From an uncultured Candidatus Saccharibacteria bacterium (lineage in GTDB: Bacteria > Patescibacteriota > Doudnabacteria > UBA920), in contig CAZEKH010000004.1 of the NCBI GenBank assembly GCA_964512925.1, forward strand, positions 72,392-136,391: 64,000 nt of DNA, read 5' to 3'. A program made the translations under genes and the position numbers. The notes under the pieces are model-generated. The model made no database searches. It saw only the letters and a list, made by a program, of their open reading frames with translations, and had not been told where the DNA came from. This document shows positions 1 to 7,872 of this stretch, one piece after another. Numbering within the stretch: position 1 is the first letter of the stretch; each line of letters starts with the position of its first letter.

Positions 1-1
1 T

Positions 2-274
2 ACAGTAACGCCGACTGAATCTCCTAGCGCTACGCCCGCAAGTTTAACCACAGACAAAATTTTGATAAATCAAATTAAAATTACAAGTACCCCAACAGGC
101 TATCTGAATGTCAGAAAAACTCCTTCCACTTCCGGCGCATTGGTGTCAAAAGTTTATCCGGGCGAGGTGTATCATTTTCTATCTTCAGAGAACGGCTGGT
201 ATAAGATAAGCCTGAAAGACGGAACTCCGGGATGGATATCAGGTCAGTATACGGAAAAAGTTCCAGCTCCGTAA
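2..274 (+). CDS. SH3 (SH3_3)-domain protein, C-terminal part; 5' end lies outside the window
   Basis: Frame open from base 2 (TVTPTESPSATPAS, a Pro/Thr linker), then YLNVRKTPS...ENGWYKI...GWISGQY, typical of bacterial SH3. Confidence 0.85.
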   Translation, partial: TVTPTESPSATPASLTTDKILINQIKITSTPTGYLNVRKTPSTSGALVSKVYPGEVYHFLSSENGWYKISLKDGTPGWISGQYTEKVPAP

Positions 275-288
275 AAGATCGGTAAATA

Positions 289-326
289 TAAAACTAGCGC
301 CTAAATAGTTATGGGCGCTAGTTTTA
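289..326. terminator. Bidirectional intrinsic terminator
   Basis: TAAAACTAGCGCC-loop-GGCGCTAGTTTTA between convergent genes. Confidence 0.8.
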
Positions 327-391
327 TTATTTGTCCCAAGGTATTTTAAAATAGAAAATTGTTTGAGGTTGGGGAATTTGATTAATTTTTT

Positions 392-1114
392 TTATTCTCT
401 GGCTATAACCAGGCAAAATACTGACCCGGCGCCGGCTTCTTTGAGCGCTTTACTTGCAGACAAAAGGGTTTCGCCGGTGGTTGTAACATCGTCTATGAGT
501 AAGAAATTTTTATTCTGAATATCGGTTTTCACGAAATTTTTACTTATAGAAAAGGCATTTTTCAGATTTTTTTGTCTTTCAGCTTTTTTTAAGTCTTTTT
601 GGGTTTTGGTATATTTGTTTCTTTTTAGCGCTTCTGAGATTGGCAAATTTAGTGTGTCAGAAAACGCTTGGGAAAGTATTTTGGTTTGGTTAAAACCCCT
701 CCAACGTTCGCGCCAGGAATTTAGAGGAATCGGACAAATGACTGGATTTTTTGGCTTAAAGAATTCAGGATAGTTAGTTTGCATATCAGCGGCAGCCATT
801 TTACCTAGCATTTCAAAAATTTGCGGCACAAAATAATATTTGCCTTTGATAATAAGATCTTTTATTGCCTGGTCATTATAATCAAAAATACAAAAGAGAT
901 TTTCTGGACAAATGGAAGTTTTGCATTTTGTGTGGGTTTGGCCAAATGGGGAAGATTTTTTGCAGATAATACAAATTTGCGCATCTATCCGTTTAACAAG
1001 ATTTTGGCAGGACTGGCATAAATATTCTTTTCCTTCTTTTTCGCACCGAAGACAATAGATGGGAAAAACCAGATCTAAAAGAAAAGTTTTGATGTCAGAA
1101 AGAAGGGGATGCAT
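392..1114 (-). CDS. comF: ComF-family protein (double zinc ribbon + phosphoribosyltransferase)
   Basis: CxxC motifs (CLRC, CQSC, CIIC), RGFNQ, LLIDDVTTTGETL; start reset to MHPLLSD at 1114. Confidence 0.9.
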   Translation of the reverse strand: MHPLLSDIKTFLLDLVFPIYCLRCEKEGKEYLCQSCQNLVKRIDAQICIICKKSSPFGQTHTKCKTSICPENLFCIFDYNDQAIKDLIIKGKYYFVPQIFEMLGKMAAADMQTNYPEFFKPKNPVICPIPLNSWRERWRGFNQTKILSQAFSDTLNLPISEALKRNKYTKTQKDLKKAERQKNLKNAFSISKNFVKTDIQNKNFLLIDDVTTTGETLLSASKALKEAGAGSVFCLVIARE

Positions 1115-1129
1115 AAAGATTGAAGATTT

Positions 1130-1188
1130 CCTCCTTCGCCAACCTCTTACGCCAAGGCTACAAAGGTCAGGAGGCTTCGAAGGACAAG
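1130..1188. repeat. REP-like palindrome (CCTTCGCCAAGGCTTCG type) with a second copy nested inside
   Basis: cctccttcgccaa[cctcttacgccaaggctacaaaggtcagg]aggcttcgaaggacaag. Confidence 0.55.
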
Positions 1189-1269
1189 GAAGATTGAAGA
1201 AGTGTTCCGAACTGAGGAATGATTTTGAAATATGAGAAATTATAATTGTATCTATTTTACCAAATAAAT

Positions 1270-1309
1270 AAAAAGCACGCTGTCCCCGTGGCGGTTCGGG
1301 GACAGCGTG
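1270..1309 (-). terminator. Intrinsic terminator of the 1317-1631 gene
   Basis: 13-bp stem CACGCTGTCCCCG/CGGGGACAGCGTG followed by a U-tract on the minus strand. Confidence 0.8.
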
Positions 1310-1316
1310 GGTCGGA

Positions 1317-1631
1317 CTACACTTCAGTGTCAACGAAATGGATGGGGGTTTTGCAGAAGTGGCAGCAAAAGCGGTCACCCCAGAAGATGTTCCGCGATTT
1401 TTTCGGATTCCAAGACAACGGCTGGTTGCACATTGGGTTTGGGCATCTCCAGAATACCTGACCCCATTCTTTTTTGAAATGGGCTTGAACGTATTCCACC
1501 ACAGGGGGCGGTGGTGGCGGTGCGAGTGTTGGGGGGAAATAGGCAATCCTCGTATCACACACGGAAACGTAACCAATCCTCAGTCCGCCCTGGGCAGGAG
1601 CTGCCCCATTGTGGGTGATGACGTAAATCAT
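1317..1631 (-). CDS. Small Pro-rich, Zn-ribbon-like hypothetical protein
   Basis: AAGGAGG SD upstream, own promoter and terminator; CPNPMC...CHFC. Confidence 0.7.
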   Translation of the reverse strand: MIYVITHNGAAPAQGGLRIGYVSVCDTRIAYFPPTLAPPPPPPVVEYVQAHFKKEWGQVFWRCPNPMCNQPLSWNPKKSRNIFWGDRFCCHFCKTPIHFVDTEV

Positions 1632-1657
1632 ACTAAGGCCTCCTTAGCCTTAGGCGG

Positions 1658-1686
1658 AGCTTAACAAAGCGCAGAGAGAGAGTCAA
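1658..1686 (-). promoter_or_regulatory. Sigma70-type promoter for 1317-1631
   Basis: TTGACT-N17-TAAGCT on the minus strand. Confidence 0.55.
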
Positions 1687-1740
1687 GGGCATATCAATTA
1701 TTCAAATTGTTCTAAGTGCTCTAATTGATTTAATAATTTT

Positions 1741-1773
1741 AAAAAAAACAGCCCTGCCGTAGCAGGGCTGTTT
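1741..1773 (-). terminator. clpC terminator
   Basis: AAACAGCCCTGC/GCAGGGCTGTTT stem plus long A/U tract. Confidence 0.85.
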
Positions 1774-1784
1774 AAATATTTAGT

Positions 1785-4331
1785 TTATGCTGTGACGGCG
1801 ACTCTTTCGTTTTTTGACGTAACTATGATGATTTTGTCTTTTTTGAGTTCCGCCTGGATTTTGCCGCCTTCTTTGACAGCGCCGGCAATGATCTTTTCCG
1901 CCAAGGGGTCTTCCAAAAGATCCTGGACATTTTTCCTTACGTACCTGGCGCCTTGACCCGGGTCAAAGCTTTTGTCGGCGATGTATTTTAGAACATTGGC
2001 GGGAATTTTCAGCTGAATATTTTGCCCCAAGAGGCGGGTTTGAAGTTCAGCAGCCTGGAGCTTGGTGATTTCTTTGAGTTCTTCCATACCCAGGGGCTTG
2101 AACACCACAATTTTATCCACGCGGTTTAGAAATTCAGGACGGAATTCCTGCTTTAAGGTTTCCATTACATTGTCTTTGATTTTTTCATACTCAATTTGCA
2201 AAGCAAATTTTTCGTCCAGTTTTTCTTCCTTGTCCGCAAAACCGATTTTTTGCGCCTGGGTGTTGAGTTCCTGCATCCCGAGGTTGGAAGTCATAATTAT
2301 AATAGTATTTCTAAAAGAGACTTTTTTGCCTTCCGAATCAGTCAGCTGGCCGTCTTCTAAAATCTGTAAAAAAATGTTAAACACATCGGGGTTGGCTTTT
2401 TCAATTTCATCAAACAAAACCACGCTATAAGGTTTTCTTCTTACAGCTTCGGTCAGCCTGCCGCCTTCGCCATAGCCGACATACCCGGCTGGCGCGCCTA
2501 TAAGCCTTGAAACATTGTGTCTTTCCATAAACTCCGACATATCCACCCGGATCAAGGCTTCTTCGTCTTCAAAAACTTCGCGCGCCAAAGCTTTGGCTGT
2601 CTCGGTTTTGCCCACGCCGGTGGGACCTAAGAAAATGAAACTGCCAAGGGGTCTTTTTGGGTTTGAAATGCCGGCGCGGCTTCTTTTTACGGCTTTGGAA
2701 ATTTCGCTGATAGCTTCATTTTGACCGATGATTTTGCTTTTAAGTATATTTTCCAGCTTAGCCAGTTTGGTAACATCGGTTTTAGTGAGTTTGGTAACTG
2801 GGATTTTAGTCATCATTGAAACCGTGTGGGCGATGTCTTCAGCGGTTATATCCCTGACCGGCGGCTGTTCCTGGGCGGCTAAGTTTTTGGAAAGTTCCTG
2901 TTTTTGTTTTAAAAGTTTTTCTTCCTGGCTTTTTAAGTGAATGGCTGTGGTAAAATCCTGAGCCAAAACGGCTTTGGTTTTTTCTTCTTCCAAAGCAGTC
3001 AGATCAGCTTCCAATTTTTTGGTGGCGCGCAGAATTTTGGAAGGGGAGTTGATTGACCTTAAAAAAGCCGCGGTTTCGTCTATCAAATCTACCGCTTTGT
3101 CAGGCAAAAATCTGTCTTGTATATAGCGCGTGGAAAGATCCACTGCCGCAAGCAAAGCCTCGTCCATAATCCTGACATTATGGTGTTTTTCGTAGTTGGG
3201 CTTTAAACCTTTGAGAATCTCAATTGTTTCTTCGCGCGAGGGTTCATCTACCAGCACGGGCTGAAATCTTCTTTCCAAAGCCGCGTCTTTTTCTATGTGC
3301 TGTTTGTATTCAGACAGGGTGGTTGCGCCGATAGCCCGAAGTTCGCCGCGGGCTAAGGCCGGTTTTAAGATATTGGCGGCATCCAGGCTGCCGGTTGTGG
3401 CGCCGGCGCCAACCATAGTGTGCAGTTCATCCACAAACAAAATGGTGTTTTTATCCGCTCTGACTTCTTCTATGATTTGCTTCAGTCGGTTTTCAAATTC
3501 GCCCCTAAACATAGAGCCGGCTACTATCAGAGCCAAATCCAGAGAAAGAATTTTTTTGTCCAAAAGAGAGTCCGGCACTTCGCGTTTAGAGATCGCCAAA
3601 GCCAAGCCCTCAACAATGGCGGTTTTACCCACACCAGCTTCGCCGATAAGCAGGGGATTGTTTTTGGTCCGCCTGTTTAAAATTGAGACCATTCTTTCAA
3701 TTTCCACTTTTCTTCCTACTACAGGATCCACAAGTCCTTGGGCGGCCTTTTTGGTCAGATCGGTAGTAAAATATTCAAGCAAGCTGTTTTTTTTGCCATC
3801 CGGTTTTCCGCCCGGCATCGGCTGGCCGGTTGATGGGTTTGGCATCCCGTTTTCGGATTGTGGAATTTCGGGAAATTTGGAAATATTTTCAAAAATATGC
3901 ATTAAGTCATGCTCAACTTCAGCGGGGTTGACATTCAGTTTCGCCAAAACGGTTTTGGCTTTATTTTGTCTGGCGGAAACCAAGCCATATAAAAAATGCT
4001 CTGTCCCGATGAATTGGTAGCCGAATTGGCTCGCCATAATAGCGGCTTTTTCAATGGCGATTTTTAAATTTTCCGACAGTACCGGTTTCCAGCTGGAAAC
4101 TGTGTTGCCGGAGTTAACGAAAATCAGTTCTTGTTTGACGATTTCCGGACTGAGTTTGGTTTTAGCCAAAATTTCCGAAGCAAAAGAACTTTTTTCGCCG
4201 ATTATGCCGTATAACAAATGTTCAGTCCCGATTTGCCCGTGTTTTAGTTCCTCTGAAACCATTTGCGCGAGGATAAGAGCGTTTTTTGCCCTGGAGGATA
4301 AACGTTCAAGTATTGAAGAAAAATTATTCAT
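1785..4331 (-). CDS. clpC: ATP-dependent Clp protease ATPase subunit ClpC
   Basis: Double Clp-N domain, two Walker A motifs (GEAGVGKT, GPTGVGKT), UVR coiled coil, IGF loop. Confidence 0.95.
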   Translation of the reverse strand: MNNFSSILERLSSRAKNALILAQMVSEELKHGQIGTEHLLYGIIGEKSSFASEILAKTKLSPEIVKQELIFVNSGNTVSSWKPVLSENLKIAIEKAAIMASQFGYQFIGTEHFLYGLVSARQNKAKTVLAKLNVNPAEVEHDLMHIFENISKFPEIPQSENGMPNPSTGQPMPGGKPDGKKNSLLEYFTTDLTKKAAQGLVDPVVGRKVEIERMVSILNRRTKNNPLLIGEAGVGKTAIVEGLALAISKREVPDSLLDKKILSLDLALIVAGSMFRGEFENRLKQIIEEVRADKNTILFVDELHTMVGAGATTGSLDAANILKPALARGELRAIGATTLSEYKQHIEKDAALERRFQPVLVDEPSREETIEILKGLKPNYEKHHNVRIMDEALLAAVDLSTRYIQDRFLPDKAVDLIDETAAFLRSINSPSKILRATKKLEADLTALEEEKTKAVLAQDFTTAIHLKSQEEKLLKQKQELSKNLAAQEQPPVRDITAEDIAHTVSMMTKIPVTKLTKTDVTKLAKLENILKSKIIGQNEAISEISKAVKRSRAGISNPKRPLGSFIFLGPTGVGKTETAKALAREVFEDEEALIRVDMSEFMERHNVSRLIGAPAGYVGYGEGGRLTEAVRRKPYSVVLFDEIEKANPDVFNIFLQILEDGQLTDSEGKKVSFRNTIIIMTSNLGMQELNTQAQKIGFADKEEKLDEKFALQIEYEKIKDNVMETLKQEFRPEFLNRVDKIVVFKPLGMEELKEITKLQAAELQTRLLGQNIQLKIPANVLKYIADKSFDPGQGARYVRKNVQDLLEDPLAEKIIAGAVKEGGKIQAELKKDKIIIVTSKNERVAVTA

Positions 4332-4436
4332 ATTTTACAGATCACAAATAGCATAGGTAATACTGATGCTAAATATTAATATATAAGTTACAAGAAAATT
4401 TAATATTTGTTACACTTAAATTATAACATTTATTAC

Positions 4437-4465
4437 AGCATAGATGATCTTATCACTCGTGTCAA
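4437..4465 (-). promoter_or_regulatory. clpC sigma70 promoter
   Basis: TTGACA (4465-4460)-N17-TATGCT (4442-4437). Confidence 0.7.
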
Positions 4466-4476
4466 GAGAGTGATAA
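4450..4476. promoter_or_regulatory. CIRCE-like operator (candidate HrcA site)
   Basis: TTATCACTC-N9-GAGTGATAA versus consensus TTAGCACTC-N9-GAGTGCTAA. Confidence 0.75.
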
Positions 4477-4501
4477 TAAAAATGCAAAATTAAATATCAA
4501 A

Positions 4502-4990
4502 ATGCAAAATATTGAGGCAGAAAATTTAGAAAAAGCTTATTCATATTCAATCTATTTGTTGTCTTTGAAGTTGCGCACGGAAGGGGAAATTAGAAATAAA
4601 TTACAAATAAAAAATTATAAATTACAAATTATAGACAGTGTCGTTCAAAAGCTGAAAGAAAATCAATATATAGACGACCAGAGGTATGCGGAGGTTTATG
4701 TGGAGAATTTGAAAAAGTATAAAACTTTCGGTTACTACGGCATAAAAAAGAAACTGATGGAAAAACGTCTGCCTGCCGGGATCATTGAACAGGTTTTAGA
4801 TGAATCTCTGAGCGAGGAGGAAGAGATAAAGATTGCAAAAAGGTATTTAATAAAATATGAAGCAGGAAATATGAAGCAGGAAGCAAAAGTGCAAAAAAAG
4901 GATGAGTTATATCAGGTAAAGCAAAAGCTGGCCAAAAAATTGGCCAGCCGGGGGTTTAGGACGGAAGTTGTAATGCAAATTATACTTTAA
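4502..4990 (+). CDS. recX: Regulatory protein RecX
   Basis: LLSLKLRTEGEIRNKL, YIDDQRYA, KLASRGF. Confidence 0.9.
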   Translation: MQNIEAENLEKAYSYSIYLLSLKLRTEGEIRNKLQIKNYKLQIIDSVVQKLKENQYIDDQRYAEVYVENLKKYKTFGYYGIKKKLMEKRLPAGIIEQVLDESLSEEEEIKIAKRYLIKYEAGNMKQEAKVQKKDELYQVKQKLAKKLASRGFRTEVVMQIIL

Positions 4991-5354
4991 TTTCATTTCC
5001 TTCCAGATACCATTTATTTCCATTCGATGAATGCACTAAAGAAAATACCCCTGTGCGTGTATTCGAATTTGTTTGGGTATTTCCATATTGATAAGTGATG
5101 GTATATTCTGTTTCAATAATATGTTCTTCGCCTTGTTGTGAGGGTCTTAAATATTCTTCAACTTTACACGGATATTGTTCGCAAAATTCCTTAGGACCCC
5201 TTTGCTGATTAGCATGCGCTGATATTGCAGTTTGTACTATGTTCGGTAAGCGTTCTAAAAATTTTTTCAGTTTTATTTCTTGTACTTTTCCACTGATTAA
5301 ATCCGGGGTTTTTGGACCCTCAGGTGTAACAAAGCCTAAAAGTTTTTTTAACAT
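4980..5354 (-). CDS. Hypothetical protein
   Basis: 124-aa ORF downstream of htpX; 11-nt convergent overlap with recX. Confidence 0.6.
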   Translation of the reverse strand: MLKKLLGFVTPEGPKTPDLISGKVQEIKLKKFLERLPNIVQTAISAHANQQRGPKEFCEQYPCKVEEYLRPSQQGEEHIIETEYTITYQYGNTQTNSNTRTGVFSLVHSSNGNKWYLEGNEIKV

Positions 5355-5377
5355 ATTTTATATACTAATAATTAGTT

Positions 5378-6325
5378 TTATAAATTCATTTCCCTAAGCC
5401 TTTTTACCCTCTCTTCTATGGGAGGATGGGTGTTAAAGAGGGAGGTAAACCAACTTCTTCCGGAGGAAGAAGTTGTCCTGAGCGCAGCCGAAGGACCCCT
5501 TAAATCGTCCTCGTGAAAAGGATTAACTATATACAAGTGAGCAGTAGCTTTGTTGGCAGCCTCTAGCGGTTCGTGGTCAGAACTGATTTTTTCTAAAGCC
5601 CGCGCAAGCCCTTCCGGGTAGCGTGTTAGGAGCGCCCCTGAGGCGTCTGCAAAAAATTCACGTTTTCTGGAGACTGCTAGTTTTATGAGAGTAGCAATTA
5701 TCGGGGAGAGGATGGCGAGTACAAGTCCCGCGATCATCAAAACCAATTTTAACTGACCGCCTCCCTCGCGGTCGTCGGATTTGCGTCCGCCAAAAAAACT
5801 TGCGCGAAGCATAAAGTCCGCAAGCAGGGTTACAGTGCCGACTAAAACTACGACCAAAGTCATAACACGGATGTCGTAGTTGCCTATGTGGGAGAGTTCG
5901 TGGGCTGTTACGCCTTCCAGTTCTACTTTGTCTAACTTTTGTAAAATCCCGGTTGTATAGCACACAACCGCATGCTTGGGGTCGCGTCCCGTGGCAAAAG
6001 CATTGGGCGCTGTGTCTTCTATTATATAAATTTTCGGTGTTGGAATGCCTGCTGTGATGCAAAGATTTTCTACTATGCGGTAAAGCTCCTGGTTAGACTG
6101 TCTGTCAACTTCCTTAGCCCCTGACAAGGCTAAGGTAATAGAATCGGAATAGTAGTAGGAAATGAGGGATGAAAAAACCGAAAAACCCACAGCGATATAA
6201 AGTATCTGCGGATTTCCATAAACCTGTGAAAATACAAAACCCAAAAGTGCAATAACTGCCAAAAAGCTGAATATGAGTATCCAGCTTTCGGTTTTGTTTT
6301 TATTTATATGGTCGTAAGTCAACAT
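5378..6325 (-). CDS. htpX: Zinc metalloprotease HtpX (M48)
   Basis: PNAFATG, HELSH, SRKREFFAD, THPPIEER. Confidence 0.95.
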   Translation of the reverse strand: MLTYDHINKNKTESWILIFSFLAVIALLGFVFSQVYGNPQILYIAVGFSVFSSLISYYYSDSITLALSGAKEVDRQSNQELYRIVENLCITAGIPTPKIYIIEDTAPNAFATGRDPKHAVVCYTTGILQKLDKVELEGVTAHELSHIGNYDIRVMTLVVVLVGTVTLLADFMLRASFFGGRKSDDREGGGQLKLVLMIAGLVLAILSPIIATLIKLAVSRKREFFADASGALLTRYPEGLARALEKISSDHEPLEAANKATAHLYIVNPFHEDDLRGPSAALRTTSSSGRSWFTSLFNTHPPIEERVKRLREMNL

Positions 6326-6327
6326 TT

Positions 6328-6777
6328 ATTGCACTAATTACAAATATTACTAATTTTACTAATAGAGATTTACAACTCGTTTTTGAATGATTCCATCTTT
6401 GGTAAAAACTCCAATGATACCTAGTTGTAGTTTGTGAGCTTTTAAATACCCGTGAACTTGTTTGATATGTTGAGGGTAAACCGCGTTTGCAACCTTAATC
6501 TCTAAAACAATTAAATTATTAATTAAAAAATCTAGATAATAACCACCAATATTTTTATTATTAAAAACCAATGGTGAATATAGCTGTTCTTTTACATCAA
6601 AACCTAATTTTATTAACTCGTCTTTAATGGCTTTATAATAATACTTTTCTTGGTAGCCATATCCAAATTCGTTGAAGACTTTAAACAAGACCCCAACTAT
6701 TTTATAACTCTCATCTGGAAATAAAGCCGCAGGCATACTTAATTAGTATGATTTGTACGATGCGTAATTGGTGCAAT
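6328..6777. mobile_element. Putative inverted-repeat-bounded GxxExxY cassette
   Basis: ATTGCACTAATTAC (6328) / GTAATTGGTGCAAT (ending 6777), 13/14 match, plus an inner imperfect IR; splits lemA-htpX. Confidence 0.5.
6359..6736 (-). CDS. GxxExxY protein (PD-(D/E)xK nuclease fold)
   Basis: GYQEKYY motif; LDFLINNLIVLEIK. Confidence 0.9.
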   Translation of the reverse strand: MPAALFPDESYKIVGVLFKVFNEFGYGYQEKYYYKAIKDELIKLGFDVKEQLYSPLVFNNKNIGGYYLDFLINNLIVLEIKVANAVYPQHIKQVHGYLKAHKLQLGIIGVFTKDGIIQKRVVNLY

Positions 6778-6778
6778 A

Positions 6779-7327
6779 TTAAAATTGAACTTTAACGACC
6801 TGACCTTCCGGGCCTTTTTCGTCGATGTCGAAGAACTCTCTTTTGACAAAACCGAACATAGAGGCAAAGATGTTGCCTGGGAATTTTTCTACTGAAGTGT
6901 TGAAGTCGCGGACGGTGCCGTTGTAAAACCTTCTGGCAGCCTGGATTTTGTCTTCAGTGTCAGTTAGGTCTCGCTGCATCTGCATAAAGTTGGTGTTGGA
7001 CTTAAGGTCAGGGTATGCTTCGCTGACCGCAAACAGGGATTTTAAGGCTCCTGAAAGCATATTTTCGTCTTTGAGCTTTTCTTGCAAAGAACCGGCATTC
7101 ATAGCCATATTTCTGGCTTTGGTAACATTTTCCAAAACTGATGACTCTTGCTTGGCGTAACCTTTGACCGTATCAACCAAGTTTGGTATGAGGTCATACC
7201 TGCGTTTTAGCTGAACTTCGATGTCGCTCCAAGCTTCGTCTACCCGGTTTTTGGCTGTAATCAGCGAATTATAAAGAAAAATCGCAAAAACTACTATCAG
7301 ACCCAATACAATGATAAATGGTAACAT
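6779..7327 (-). CDS. lemA: LemA family protein
   Basis: N-terminal TM, AWSDIEVQLKRRYDLIPNL, EAYPDLKS, ARRFYN. Confidence 0.95.
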   Translation of the reverse strand: MLPFIIVLGLIVVFAIFLYNSLITAKNRVDEAWSDIEVQLKRRYDLIPNLVDTVKGYAKQESSVLENVTKARNMAMNAGSLQEKLKDENMLSGALKSLFAVSEAYPDLKSNTNFMQMQRDLTDTEDKIQAARRFYNGTVRDFNTSVEKFPGNIFASMFGFVKREFFDIDEKGPEGQVVKVQF

Positions 7328-7382
7328 ATGATTTTTTTGTTAATTTATTAGTCTATATATTATAGCATATTTTACTATATAA

Positions 7383-7410
7383 TTGACAATGAAATTTGGG
7401 GGTATATAAT
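7383..7410 (+). promoter_or_regulatory. Sigma70 promoter for an apparently leaderless transcript
   Basis: TTGACA-N16-TATAAT, with ATG 6 nt downstream. Confidence 0.7.
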
Positions 7411-7416
7411 TTTAAT

Positions 7417-7767
7417 ATGGAATCAAAAGTTAAAAAAGAAATAACATTAGAAAGCCTTGCTGTTTCGGTTGACAATGTAGCAAATTCTTTACAAAATTTG
7501 GCCATAATGACCGCCAAGGGTTTTGAGAATGTAAATGAAAGATTGGATAAAGTTGAAGGCAGTTTAAATAAAGTTGAGGGTAGATTGGATAAAGTTGAAA
7601 ATGAAATGGCTGGGCTAAGGTCAAGCGTGAATAGATATTTAGAACTTTCAGATAAAAGGTATTTGGAGCTGAAGGCCAGGCAGGATGTTATTGTTTCCTG
7701 GGTTAAACAGATTGGCGACAAAACCGGGGTGAAGATTGATTTGACTGAGTTAGAAAAAGTGGTTTAA
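7417..7767 (+). CDS. Coiled-coil hypothetical protein with 7-aa repeats
   Basis: RLDKVEG/SLNKVEG/RLDKVEN (21-bp tandem units, 7540-7602). Confidence 0.8.
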   Translation: MESKVKKEITLESLAVSVDNVANSLQNLAIMTAKGFENVNERLDKVEGSLNKVEGRLDKVENEMAGLRSSVNRYLELSDKRYLELKARQDVIVSWVKQIGDKTGVKIDLTELEKVV

Positions 7768-7872
7768 TTTTTTTTAAAAAAACCGTTAGGGTTCAAAGCC
7801 ATAGCGGTTTTTTGATTTGTAAAAAATATGGTATAATAAATTGTAAAATACAAAATCAAAAAAGAAACAAAA

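Noticed and set aside
1115-1576. 154-aa N-terminal extension of ComF in the ORF track
   Set aside because: Runs through a repeat, a terminator and another gene; ComF similarity starts at MHPLL (1114)
2062-4356. Long antisense ORFs over clpC, and similar ones over rplA, tmk, prfB, rarA and others
   Set aside because: Shadows of conserved genes caused by codon bias; no recognisable motifs
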